Positions 33,701 through 46,635 of a stretch of 47,781 nt of DNA are shown one piece after another (the first letter of the stretch is position 1; every line of letters starts with the position of its first letter). Source of the DNA: Reclinomonas americana ATCC 50394 (lineage: Eukaryota); NCBI GenBank assembly GCA_048213135.1, contig PS015038.1, positions 201,735 through 249,515 on the forward strand. The letters run 5' to 3'. The translations under genes and the position numbers were made by a program. The notes under the pieces were generated by a model. The model was not told the origin of the DNA and did no database searches. It saw nothing but the letters and a program-made list of their open reading frames with translations.

Positions 33701-36700
33701 GGGAAGCATCACCGGCGCAGTGACCGTCGCTTTTTGTACGGAGGAGGGTGAGTGAATTTCTCAGTGCATGCCACATAGCAGCATTGTGTGTCGCGCAAAC
33801 CTGCCAGTCCAAAAGAGAGGACGGACGACGACGCGGCCGAGTGAACCAGGCGCAGTGTGTAGGCAGTCGCCAGGTTGTAATTCGGAGGACCGCTGACCGG
33901 CACCGTAAACACAAACGTCTCCGTGGCGCCACCGGTACACACGGCGGTGACAGCCTGCGTCGTGACTGTGGTCACTGGCGCGGCCGTCTCCACCGTCAAC
34001 GTCAACGGTGACACAGGCGCTGGCACGAGGCACGTGAAGCGCACAGTGTACGAGTAGCCCGGATAGAGCGTTGGCGGGAGGTCAGCCGCAGTCACGGATA
34101 CAGCAGGTGCTGATTGTCGACAATAAACGGTGAGTGTTGTGGAGCAAAAAAATACACTCACAGACAACAACCAGCGCAAACCTTGCACAGTGAACGCTGT
34201 AGAACAGGCGTTGATCGACACATTGTCGCTGTCACGCACACACAGCTGCACGCTGGTGGAACTGGTCCACGCCGAGAGCAGTGTGACGGACTGCGTGCCC
34301 GCAGACACAGCCGGCACGCCAGAGGCCAACACGCTCAGCGCAGCATCGTTGCGCACGACGTACACATCCACAGCTGTGATTACCGAGGCCAGATTTGCAG
34401 TCCATGTGACCGTGGCGGCCGTGCCGGTCAGCGGTGGTGTCGGGCCGGCGACGAAACTCGCCACCACGTTGCTGATGCCCGGGGCTGCGTGATGTCGATG
34501 AACAAGAAGAAAAATACAAGTCATGTGAGCAACAGAGTTCAGTGGCCGTCACGAAAAAGTCGGTACGCACTGGTGACGGAGAACCACGAGCTGTTTCCCG
34601 TGGCGGATCGGGTGCTGGCATTCTCGACAAAGAGTCGGTAGGTGCCAGTCGACGGCACCAGCATGTTCACGGTGAGCTGGTTGAAGAAGCCACCGACAGC
34701 GCATTGCACGGCTTGCGTACTGGCCACCGTCAACACCTCGGACAGTGACGAGCCTTGCTGCAGCACATTGACCTGCGCCACGTGAAAGTGAGAGTGAGCA
34801 TGTACGAGGCGGCACAGCAGTCATTGGCCATGGAGCGAACCTGCGTAATCGTCGGGTTGTTGCACACAAACGAGATGCGAGTCGGCAATGAATACTGAGC
34901 CAGTGAGACGGCATCCGTCCAAGAACCCGCTCCAATCTGGTACTGCAAGCCGGCGGTCTCTCCACAGCTGTTGAGACAAAACACACGCGAAGATGAGTGC
35001 GAGTCGTACAATAGCGGAGCAGAGAACGGCGTCGAACCAGTCATCAAAGGAGAACAGGATGGCCCTGCAGAACATGTCGAGAATGAGCAACAAGCGAGTG
35101 CCGCAACACAACGAATATTGCTATTAACAAAACACACCGATGACTTCCAGCAGCGAGAGCGATACTACCCGAGAGGGCGTTCGCCCAATTGCCGCTCCAG
35201 TCTGCGGCAGCTGTACCAGTGGCCACCACCGTCGTGTCCACTTGGATCTGAAGATACGTGTGCCGGGTGTAAGTCAAGGGCACGCACCACAATAAACTCA
35301 CCGCGTGTCACGCAACTCGTGAGCCCCATCCGTTCCCGGAGCCCCAGCGGAACGTGTACGTCGCGGCAGTGGGCACCACGAAATCAATCGTCACTCTGTA
35401 CGCCAGCGCGTTTCCTGGCGATGCGCCGCACAGGGTGGCGGCAGGCATGCTCGTGAGTTGCGTGATCGTCGACATTGTCGCCGTGCACGATTTCACCTGC
35501 AGACGACACCCTCACTGTCAGCATATGATGCTGGCGTGGAAAAAATGCACCACCAATGAGACACATACACACACACACACACACACCGAATCAAAGTACG
35601 TGTTGAGGTTGGCCAGTGAGTCGGTGATCAGCGGCTGCATCGTGCCGTTGCCCGCCTCCACCGTGATGCCGGTGAGCGAGAGGCGGCCGGTCTGCAGCAC
35701 AGTGGTCGACGCCAGTTGCATGTCTGCGCGTGAGCATGAAGACACAATGAGCGAGGAGCACAAATGGGCTCGGAGGCGCCGGCACGCACCTGACACGTCG
35801 AACGCGGTGCCAGTGGTGGTTGCCGTCGAGTTGTCGAGGACCAGCTTCAGTCGGTAGGTTGCACCCGTGTGCACGGAAACATCGGTACCGACGAGCCAGG
35901 CGAGCGTGTTTGTTGTGACACCGTCGCAGACCGAAGGCGCGCCGCTGCGAATGACCAGCGACCAGCCCGCCGTGGCGTCGTCAATGATGGAAATGGACAC
36001 GGGAGCGGTGGCAGTCGGTTGGGCGACACACGTCCACGTCAGTGTGTACGACTCGAGACGGAAGATGACCGAAGGCAGCGCAGCGGAGGTCAGAGTGACG
36101 GATTCTGTGCACCAAAAGCAACAGGGTCAGTGCACAAAAACGCAAAGTGGTTTCCAGCTTGATGATGCCTACCAATCGACAATGACACGAGCGACGAGAA
36201 CGGGTCCGTGGCGGTGAGGCGGAAACACAACTGATACTGGCCGGTGCTGAGAGCGCCCACCGTCGCCGCCAGTGTCACCGACAGCTGTGAGAGGTCGGCG
36301 GAGAGTGAAGATGCTGTCACAGCCACTCCCATGCCGGTGTTGCAGCTGGCGGCCAAAAACATGTCGGCAGTCGCCGGCGCAGTGGTGAAGCCACCAACCG
36401 GGATCGTCATGGACACGTTCACAGTGCCAACGGGCACTGATGCTGGCACCGGTGGTCCAGATGCGCCGACTGCACGCGCGCAGCGATGGTGAGAACACGC
36501 CTCTCGATTTTTCTTGCGTCACAGCATGCAACACGTACCGACAGAAATCGTTGCCTCGGGGAACACCGTGCCACCGGTCGCCCACTGCGCACACACCGTA
36601 AACGAGCCGGGACCACTGAGCATCGTGTTGTACGCCACGTCGACTGTGTCGGCAGTGGCGTTGTCCGCAGTCGAGAGGGGCGCCATGACACTGCCGGCGC

Positions 36701-39700
36701 ACGTGGGTGACGACGACAGCGAGTAGATTGCCGCGCCGCCCAGCAGCGTCCGCGAGCCAGTGGGCGCCAGCGACAACGACAGCGTTTGCGATGCCGACGT
36801 GACCGACACTTGCGGTGACACGGTGGTGATCGAAGCTGTCGAGAGGCGAGGATGCGGGAATGAGTTCTCTAATGAAGGGAAGGAGAAGGCGACGATGTAC
36901 ATGCCTGCCAGGATCGACACGGATGGCACAAGGGCCGCAACCTGTCCACTCGTCCAACGGGCGCACAACTGCAAGCAACGGTAATCAAAGTAAGCAACTA
37001 CGAAGGGAGCGAGACAGAGAGCGAGGGCCAAACACGCAACGCTGTAGATGGCTGGCAACAGTGCGGAAGCCGGGGTCGGATTGATGGCCAGACGCATCTC
37101 TGTCGACGAGATCCACGTGGGTGCCACTTGGACATTGGCAGTCGCCGAGGCACAGGAGCCAGTGGAGGAGATGAAGAAGGTTGCGCCAGAGGAGGGGAAT
37201 GAACGACCGGCCATGGTGACCACTTGACCAGCAGTGCCGGCGTTGATTGTAGCCGGCGACAAGGAGGTGACGGTGGCGAGGAGCGTAATGTAGCGCACAC
37301 GGGGACCGTCGCCCACCAGCACATTGTTGCCGAACAAGTCGACTGCAGACGGCGACGTGAAAGTTGCCACGGCTAGCGCCTCGCCATTGGAGGCACCCGC
37401 AACTCCAGTGCCAGCAAAGTCACTCACGTAGCCTGTGTACGAACACAAAAAAAGCCGAGGTGAGTGAATCGGAGAACGGGCATGCGCGCAGAACTGGACA
37501 CTCCCGCCGCTCACCGTCTGCGGCCACGCGTCGTACGCGACGGAGCGCCTGCTGAGAGACCACGGCAAACGAGTCGGTATCGACAGCAATGCCCCACGGT
37601 GCGGAGGCCAGAGTGGCAATGGTGGCCACCGCCCCCGTGGAGATGGTCACTTGCAGAATGCGCGAGTTGCCGCTGTCGGCCACGTACACGTACAAGCCAT
37701 TGCTGCTGACAGAGAGCGAGAGAGGGGTGGTGAACTCGCCGCCGGAGCCGGCCAACACGCCCTGGCTCACACCACCCGAGTCCACTTGCGTAAGCGTGGT
37801 GCCCGTCGACACAACATACGTGGTCGACGTGAGCGCCACATCACTCAGTGCATTCGGGTTGGCCGTGTACAGAACCGTTTTCACGCCTGTTTCGCGATGA
37901 ACATGAGATACCACTACGACAACAGTAGCTCAGTGCGAACTCACCAGTGGACGGCACGACGCGGACGAGTTGATTGGCGCCGCGGTCGGCCACCAGCAGC
38001 GTTCCGTCACTCAGCACCGCGATTCCGTACGGATTGGTGAGAGCCGGTGCCACGTTGATTGTGCTCACTTGCATGTCGTCTGCACAAGGAATTGCAATGA
38101 GTGTTACATGACAGTTCCAGTCGCGCCACGTGATGGAGCACTGTTACGCACTGCTGCCAGGCACAAACGCGATGCGGCGAATGGTGTTGTTGCTTCCACC
38201 GTCGCTGACGTACGCCGTAAAGTTGGCAGCGGTGCTATCAATGGCAACACCCTGCACCGTGTCGAAGCGCGACGACAAGGCCGACCCGTCCAGCAAGCCA
38301 ACCGTGCCGGTGCCGGCAATGGTCAGCACAGTGAACTCGACTACAATCACTCTCTCGAGTCAGCTACCGCGAAGAAAATCGGTGGAGAGCTTCGACGCAG
38401 GTGCCACTCACCAAAGCTCACAGTGCCCGTCCGTGATGGCGTGGTCTGACTGGTGTTCCACAGCACGCACAGGCCAAATGGAGCCAGCGCAACTCCAGTG
38501 CCGTCCACGGTCAGCGACACGCTCGACGATGTGGCGCTCGCTGCTGTGGCAACGGTGGTGAGGGTGCCCGTCGACGAGCACCCGCTGGTTCCGGTGGCGA
38601 GAAACACGGAGGTGGGCGACCCCAGACCAGCGCCGTCCAGGAATACACGCTGCTGCGTGCGGTACAACTGCGACGGCCGAATGGTGCTGACCGAGGCCAA
38701 ATTGATGGAGACTCCCACAATGGCGTACGAGGCCGTCGGATCGGGGCGCATGAGAACGGTGTAGATTCCGGCCTGCACCGTGGCGGTGTTCCACGTGAGA
38801 GTGAAGGGCAGCGGGTCGGTCGAGGTGGCCGACGTTCGCGTCGTCGCCGTCATGATAGCATCGGTGGCAATCACGGGGAACGCCGTGGAGCACGCAGATA
38901 CACACAAGATGACACCGGTGGTGGTGTCGGAGGCGGCCAGCGTCGGCAAGTTGACGCCGCGGAGTTCGACCGCAAATGTGCCCTGCTCCCAGGGCAGCAC
39001 GGCCGGGAACACGGAGGTGACCGAGGCCACACTCACCGGACCAAAGTCGGTGTAGGCCGACGTTGTGGACCAGCGCACGCAAACGCGGTACGTGACGGCC
39101 GTGTTGAGACTGGCAAACAAACAGTGAGCACGCCAGTCCGACGAGCGAGTGAAGGAATCGACACACACACACACACACAACGCAACGTCGAGCCGTCAAC
39201 GACAAATGTCGCACTGATCGGTGACGCGATAGTGATGGAGGTGACAGCGGCGGAGGAGGCCAGTGTGCTGCAATTGGCCGCCATCACAATGGCCGATGCA
39301 TCGCCGGTTACATCGGTGAATCCCGCACCGTCGAGCGACTGTTGCGATAAAGTGAGTGAGTGCGAGTGGAACGCGAGATCACTACGCAGCAGCAAAACAA
39401 AGGACGCACAATTTTCTGACTGGCGAGTTGGAAAATGATGCTCGGCACAATGCGCGTCACCGTCGGCACAGTAGTGATGCGTCGAATCAAATGCGACGAA
39501 AAGTCGGCAACAAACAGGTCACCGCTGGTGTTATCAAAGGCGATGCCGTTGGGCAGCGAAAAACGAGCCTGCGGCGGGGGATGCGGTGAGCATCGCAAGG
39601 AAAGTGAAAAAGACTTGACACACAAAGACGCAACCGGAGAGCGAGCGGCGCCATTCGTGTTGCCAGTGGATCCGGTTCCGGCCCAGCGAACTGCAACAAG

Positions 39701-40897
39701 AAGGAGAGAGAGGAAAAGGCATGTGAGTGTGAACGTGTGTACATCCACGCAACAAGAGGAGCATGTACAACCGCACCGACAAAGCCTGCGTGATGTAAAC
39801 AACAATATCAGTACGGGTATGAAGAGTGCAATGAAGACACACCGACGACACACATACCATCAACGGTCGATGCACGTCGCACCACAGGTGTTGTGGTGTC
39901 ACTGTAGTGGGAAGAGGACGTGTCAGGGGCAAATACAGTGCGTGACATTACAAAGGGCGCAACGTGAAGAAGATGCTGGTCGACGAGTCCGCAAACACCA
40001 CCGAATTAGGCGCATTCAGCGGCACATTTGCAATCGCTCCTTCCGACACCGTAGGTGCCTGCTCAAGCATGTCAGTGGGTGCGCACACACACAGCGGAGA
40101 GAGAGAGTGAATCGCATGTTCGTACCAAGGAGAATCCCACCAGCGTCGTCACAGCATACGCTGCACGGGAGTGTCAGCAGAGAACAACATGGATTGCGCA
40201 CGGGACGATTGGCGGACGAAACGTGCAGTCAACGATACTTGGCGAATGCGCCCGTTGCCTGTGTCGGCCACCAACACTGCAGTGCTCACTCCAGATCCGT
40301 TGCGCAGCAGCGAGAGCGAAGTCGGCGACGAGAATGACGCGGCAGTGCCGTTGCCGTTGGTCGACCCGGCCGAACCGGTGCCCGCCAGCGTGGCGACTGC
40401 AGTGACAGACGAGAATGGGTGTGAGTGACTAAACCAGGATGCTCACTCGGCGCACGTGACGCACCAGTGCTGCCAGTCAATGTCCGCACAGCATGATTGG
40501 CAGTGTCACAAATGTACAATGTTCCACCGGCATCAAAGGCGAGTCCGCCGACTGAACCAAATGTGGCCGACGCAGTCTGTTGCAAAGCGAGAGTGGGCAT
40601 GTTGCCAAACAACAACACTTTGACACACCACAACCAAAGAAACATATTTTGCGAACCGAGCCGTTGACAAAGCCAGCAGAAAGGCCGCCGGCCGCCGTGG
40701 CCACACCGGTTGCGGCGTTGACGGTGCGCAGACGGAAACCGTCGCCGACCCACAAGACTCCAGTTGTGGGATGACGCGCCAAGCCGCGTGGACTGACAAA
40801 GCGGGCCAGCAGTGGGTTGGCCGAGTCCAGATAGCCGGGAACGCCCGTGCTGCACCACACATGCACACCGTGAGCACACAAGTAGCGGCATCGAATA

Positions 40898-40928
<31 letters not shown>

Positions 40929-43900
40929 TGTACTCACCCAGCAACGGTCGACACGACACCGGCGGTGGTCACGCGGCGAATTGCACCATTACCAGTATCC
41001 TGAGCGAAAAAATGAGGGCGGTGAACCGAATCACGAGCTCTCTCTCCACAAAACCATGCACGAACCGCGACGAGCAGCGAGCCGTCCGCCTCCAGTGCCA
41101 CCTGCGTGGGATTAGTGAACTTGCCCGGACTGCCGTCCGCGAAGCCCGACGTGCTACCAGCGTAGGTCACCACCGACGGAACGACTGTCGGGCGCGAGGT
41201 GGGGAGAAAAGGAAGTGAGAACATTGAAAGGTGTCTGTGGAGTACACCAGCACCCACCAATGGTGACTTGTCCGACGGCCTGGTACGTGTCCGAGTCGTA
41301 GAATCGTGTGCACACAGTGTACGTGGTGCCGAGGGTCACCGACGATGCGTCAATCACCATGCGGACGCTGCTGTTGGAGTCCAACAGGTACTGTATCACC
41401 GTCAGGCCGGCCTGAGTGGCGGCCAGCGCACAAGTGGTGCCGCGCGACACGACCAGCTGCTGGCCAGTGAGCGCCGCCGACGACAGTTGAAGCAGACTGA
41501 GGCCGGCGAGAGTGAGCACTTGGAATGGAGCCGCACTGATGACGCTCGGCGCCACACTTTGCACCACCGGCACTGCAGGACACGAGGTCAGCGTCCACAC
41601 AACGTGACATGCACAGGAAAGCAGGGTGTACGAACCTGAGGCGCAGCAGAGCTTCGAGTTGGTGAAGAGCGGGATATTGCGGTACGTCGTCCCCGACTTG
41701 TCAAAGTCAATCACCGAGAACGTGGTCACGGTGACGTCGGCCGCTGCGAGAGAATGAAGGAGTGTGGCGTGAGTCACACTGGTACTTTTGCAGGCAGACG
41801 CCAAGGCCCACGCACCAACTACACCAGTCCACGAATACGCAAAGCAAATGTTGCTCGAGGCCAGTGTCATCGGACCAATGATGGCTCCATCAGTGCAAGC
41901 GCCACTCCAGTTGTACGATGTGGTCGCCGTGGCTGGCGACGTAGAGAACAATATGAGTGATTGTATGCCGTGAGGAAAAACCTGACTGGCTCATGACACG
42001 CACCTGAGCTCGTCGTGCCAGTGTACACTCCCGGCTCGCTGGTGTTGTCGTCGACCACAATATACGGTCCATTGCCACCATTGGCGGTGAGCGGAAACGA
42101 GCCGGTAGTCGAGGTGGCCGTTACCTTGACATTGTTAAAGTTGCCCTGCGCGCGAAAAATATGTGTGCGTGTGAGCGGGAGATGCTCGTGGAGAGTGGCA
42201 GTGATGGCAGCAGTGGAACACACCGTTGTCGGTCCCACTACCGCCGCATAGTTGTTGGCATTGTTGCTGGTGATGACGTAGTACGAAATGTACGAGTTGG
42301 AGCGCTCGTAGCCGGGATAGACGCCGCAACCCGTGTCATTCATGTGCTGAGTAGCAGTCCGTGTTGGCTCTCGCAGGGGTCGGATGGGCAGCGAACTGGC
42401 CAGGCCCGTGTACGACATGGTGCAGCAGTACATGACGGCGGGCGACAGGTTCGACATGTACACGCAACCGGCCGGCTCGTTGACTGTCCCGCTACCGTGT
42501 GAGACGAGGAGGAGGGAGACGAAGTAAGGCAAGCAGGCGCACCGTACGAGATCGAAAAGGGCGACGAGTACGTGAGACCGGTGGGATCGGTGACGGTGAT
42601 GGTCAGCGAGCGATTGCCGGTGGTCGCACTGCTGAGCAACACCAACTGCTTCGACGCATTGACGGAGAACAGAGCTGCGTCGGCGCCCGACAGACTGTAC
42701 GTGAAGACCGTGTCGTCAATGTTTGCATCGTAGGCCGACAGCTGGCCCACAATGAGGCTCGCCGACGAGTACGTCGACGAACTCAGGTAGATGGCCGACG
42801 GCGCCACATTCACTGCCGAGCGACGACAACAGAGATCAGTGGTCATATGAAAAGGGAAGACAGTCGCCATCATGCAGTCACTCACCGGCATTGATGGTAA
42901 ATGTGCGCTCGACGAATGCCCCATACGCATCTGTGGCACGGACAGTGACCGACTGATTGGTGCTGCGGTAGCCAGGGTTGATAATCGTCAGCGAGTCGGG
43001 CGACGTCCCCACCCCGAAATCGGCCGTGTTGGTGGTGACAGTCCACGTCAGCGTGTCGCCCGGATCGGTGGCCGTCAGCAACCCCACGACGACGTTGGCC
43101 GCCAAAGTCGGCGGTGTGTAGGTGGTGGCCGACAGCTGAATGTTGGTCGGCGCCGTATTCACTGATGCGGGCAAGAGGAGTGAGTGTGGAGCGAGCAGGG
43201 CCAGGCTCATTCTTGTCTCCACACACACACACATACCACCGGTGATGGTAAACGCTTGCTCAATGTAGTTGCCTGAGGTGTCGGTGGCACGCACAGTGAC
43301 AGTGAGCGACACCGCTGTGACGCCATTCTGCGACATCGAGAGCGTAGTGCCCGAGATGGAGAACGACGCAAAGTCGCCAGTGGACTGCAGAGTGAATGTG
43401 ACAGAGTCGCCAACGTCGGGGTCCACTGCCGACAGCGTGCCAATCACGATGGGCGCGCCGGACGAGGGCATCGGGTATGTGTTGGCGGAGAGTGCGATGG
43501 ATGTGGGTGGTGTGTTGCCTGCAAGAGGGGGGAAGGGGAGAAGGGGGGGAAGGGTGAGGGAAGGGTGAGGGAAGGGTGAGGGAGGGGAGAGGGGGAGAGG
43601 GAGGGGAGACGAGGAGAGGGGAGAGAAGGGGAGGAGAGGGCAGAGAGGAAAAAAGGGGAAGAGATCGAGTGGGAGGTGAAGAGAATGAGAGTGAGTGCGT
43701 GAGAGAGAGAGAGAAAGGCAGCGGCAAGGACGGAAGAAACACGAAAGCGTGGGAGAGGAGAGATGCAAATGGAGTGGGAGGTGAAGAAAGAGAGAAAATG
43801 GAGAGAGGAGATCGAAGAGAGCAGCATGTGTGTGCAAGAACGAGAGAGGGGTAACACGGAAGAAGGGACAGAGCACTAAAGAAGGAGAAGGTTCAGGTGC

Positions 43901-44034
43901 GATAGTGCACGACTGTTGATCCACTCCTACTCAGTGCGCCTTCCTCCGTCTCCACATGCATGGTAACCGTCTGCAACTTAATTCTTGACACTTGCACACA
44001 TTCTCTCTCCCTTACAGTGCACACTGCTTTCCCT

Positions 44035-44077
<43 letters not shown>

Positions 44078-44257
44078 CAGCGAGAGAGAGAGAGAGGAGG
44101 CGAGAGAAATCATGTGTGGGAAGTGGCGGGAGACGAGAGCGGAATATATTATTGCGCACCACACATACACACAGATAGAGAGAGAGAGAGAGAGCGCGCG
44201 CGCGAGAGAGAGAGAATGTGCTGGAAACAGGTGGAGGATGAGCGGGAAAGAAAAGCT

Positions 44258-44295
<38 letters not shown>

Positions 44296-46273
44296 AAGCA
44301 TTTACAGCGACGAGGGTGCACATTACACAGAATCAGTGCCCTTGATAGCAACCACCTCGAGATCGGCGCCCCCACATTCTCTCTGGCTTGTGGACGGGAA
44401 CAGAGAAAAACTCTCTCCCTCCTTCTCTCGATTTCCCCTCTCCACCCCCCACAACATCCCACACACAAACCTGTTGCACAACAGACAACACCGTTGGGGG
44501 TGTACGCTCCTGGCGCACCCGCTGCTGAGTTCACGGCGTAGTCAATACGACCCCAGCCAGTGCCGGCGCAGGAATTCACACTGGCTTGCATGGAGACACA
44601 GTCTTTTCCTACACCGCCAATGTCATTGGCACTGCCGCTGGAGAAGTTGAGGGTGACACATGTGTTGCTATCTTGTGCCGCTCGCATTGCAAAGCAGCCG
44701 GGGACCACAGTGGAGGCTGTGGCATATGGTACAGCGGCAATCACAGCAGTGTTGGCAGGCAGACAAACAGCGTATTTGATACTGTGGCGGCACAGTCGTT
44801 CAGCAACGAGGTTAACCAACGAACGGCGGCGTGCTTGTACGCAACTTGTTACAAAGGGCCTGCGCAGCTGCGTCGGTGATGGCTGCCCATGTTCCGCGGC
44901 ACAGAGCAACAGTGCCAGCCGCGTTGGCAAACGTGTAATCCGGCACGGCTTGTGAACCACAGGCTGCGTTGCCACCACATGTGTGCGTGTGAGAAAGGGA
45001 GCGAGTGGGGAATCACAGAAGCAAAGGGACACTCACCAGTGGTTGGTGCTGATCCGCGAGCATCGCACTGCAGGAGCGAGACGCATGTCAGAAGGACGAA
45101 GGAATGGGGCAGAAGGAGACACGGACGCACCCAGGTGTATGTCAGCTCCACATAATCGATCGCTGTGTCGTCGGCGATCAAGACGTCAACCTGTCGAAGC
45201 GGCAATCAGCAGGAGAAACAGGAAACAGTGCTGAGAAAAGGGAAAGGCACGACTCGAGACTGATGTATGACGCGGGAACAGAAAAAGGAAAGATGGGCGA
45301 CAAGAGTTAAGATAGAGAGAGGGAGAGAGGGAGAGATCTAGAGGGAGAGAGGAGAGAGGGAGAGAGGGAGAGAGGGAGAGANNNNNNNNNNNNNNNNNNN
45401 NGCAAGAATAGAGACCATTGGATTGTAGAGACACGGCAACACGAGTGAACGGGAAGAGCAGAGGTGGACGAAGAGAGTTGAGAGCAGGAATCGAGACCAT
45501 TGGATTGCAGAGACACGGAAACACGAGGGAACGAGACAGGCGAAATGAACTGAGACAAGGAGTAGCAAGACTCGAGACCTGATCGCGTGTACAAAAGAGA
45601 GGCGAACGTACGAGGGAACAGGAAAAGGAGAGACGCGGAGACTGCACGCAAGAAAGAGCAAGGCAGAGACACAGAGGGTCCCTCACAGCAGCGCACGCAA
45701 CTCGCAAGTTGGTGTTGATCAGCGCCACCAGACCAGCGACACTCGACAAATCCGCCACAAACAAGAAGCCCGACGGATACGTGGTCTTTGACCAGCCGGT
45801 CGCCTGCGCCGCGATACTCTGCTCAAAGTACGAAGTCCACGTGGTGCCCGACGAGTGAATGCCGGCGCGCACAGTGTCATTGTCGGGATTGTCGGTGCTG
45901 CCAAAGCCCTTGACCAGCGCACGCACAGTCGCCGCCACAATGCCACTCTGCAGACCGGTGAACGTCGTCACAAAGTTGGCGTTGGTCGTCGCCAGGTCGT
46001 CAAAGTTCTTGCGGGTGGAGTACCCGGCGATCAGTGCCGCGGAAGGTGAGGCCGCCTCTGTACAAGGGGAAGGAGAGTGAGTGAGGGAGGGAAGGGAGGG
46101 GTGAAGGAGGATAGGGGGAGAGTGGGTGAGTGAGGGAGAGGGTGAGTGAGTGAGTGAGTGAGTGAGTGAGTGTGTGTGTGAGTGAGAAAGTGAGTGAGTG
46201 AGTGAGTGAGTGAGTGAGTGAGTGAGTGAGTGAGTGAGTGAGTGAGTGAGTGAGTGAGTGAGTGAGTGAGTGA

Positions 46274-46353
<80 letters not shown>

Positions 46354-46635
46354 NNNNNNNNNNNNNNNNNNNNNNNNNNNNNNNNCGTTTGCGTGTGGTG
46401 GTGAGACACGCCCAATATAGAGAAAGAAAGTAGACATTGTTCTCTCCCACTCTCCTCCTTCTCTCTCTCTCTCATGTGCGCACTGACCACTGGGAGCGGC
46501 AAAGTTGTCTTTGAGGCCCTGCAACACCACTTGTGTGTAACAGGCCGACATGGCGGCGTGAGGGAGCACCACCATCGCCAACATCGCCACCACGAGGCAT
46601 GACACGAGCGCACTGTGTAATGATGACACGCGCAT
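27742..46635 (-). CDS. Giant single-pass cell-surface protein: signal peptide, unknown and Cys-rich domains, 3 cadherin-like repeats, NHL-repeat clusters, Ig/IPT-like repeats, PA14-like domain, TM helix, ~800-aa Pro/Ser-rich cytoplasmic tail
   Basis: A continuous spliced frame can be followed from ATG 46635 (MRVSSLHSALVSCLVVAMLAMVVLPHAAMS) to ~30441 via ~45 introns. The TM (LAIGLLVGGLVLLALLVTSLIVVFVI-RRRRRRR, ~30163-30240) and tail lie beyond an N-gap at 30363-30382. Intron phases across the gap do not match, so the join assumes hidden exon(s). Confidence 0.7.
37280..41185 (-). other. NHL-repeat (beta-propeller) clusters within the giant surface protein
   Basis: Repeated units such as VTYAGSTSGFADG..FTNPTQVALEADGSLLVADTGNGAIRRV, TLAGTGSAGSTNGNGTAASFSSP..VADTGNGRIRQV, ARFSLPNGIAFD..LFVADFSSHLIRRI and LTNPYGIAVLSDGTLLVADRGANQLVRV. 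Confidence 0.88.
42543..43518 (-). other. Three tandem cadherin-like repeats, one per exon
   Basis: NTPPTSIALS..IGTLSAVDPDVGDSVTFTL..TVRATDTSG; NTAPTNIQLS..VGLLTATDPGDTLTW..TVRATDAYG; NVAPSAIYLS..VGQLSAYDANIDDTVFTYSLSGADAALFSV..TITVTDPTG. Exons 43237-43518, 42886-43161 and 42543-42812. Confidence 0.85.
45411..45530. repeat. Intronic ~35-bp direct repeat with 82-bp spacing
   Basis: gagaccattggattg[t/c]agagacacgg[c/a]aacacgag at 45411 and 45493. Confidence 0.8.
46142..46353. repeat. (GAGT)n followed by (GT)n microsatellite in the first intron of the giant gene
   Basis: Directly visible; abuts the N-gap at 46354. Confidence 0.95.
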
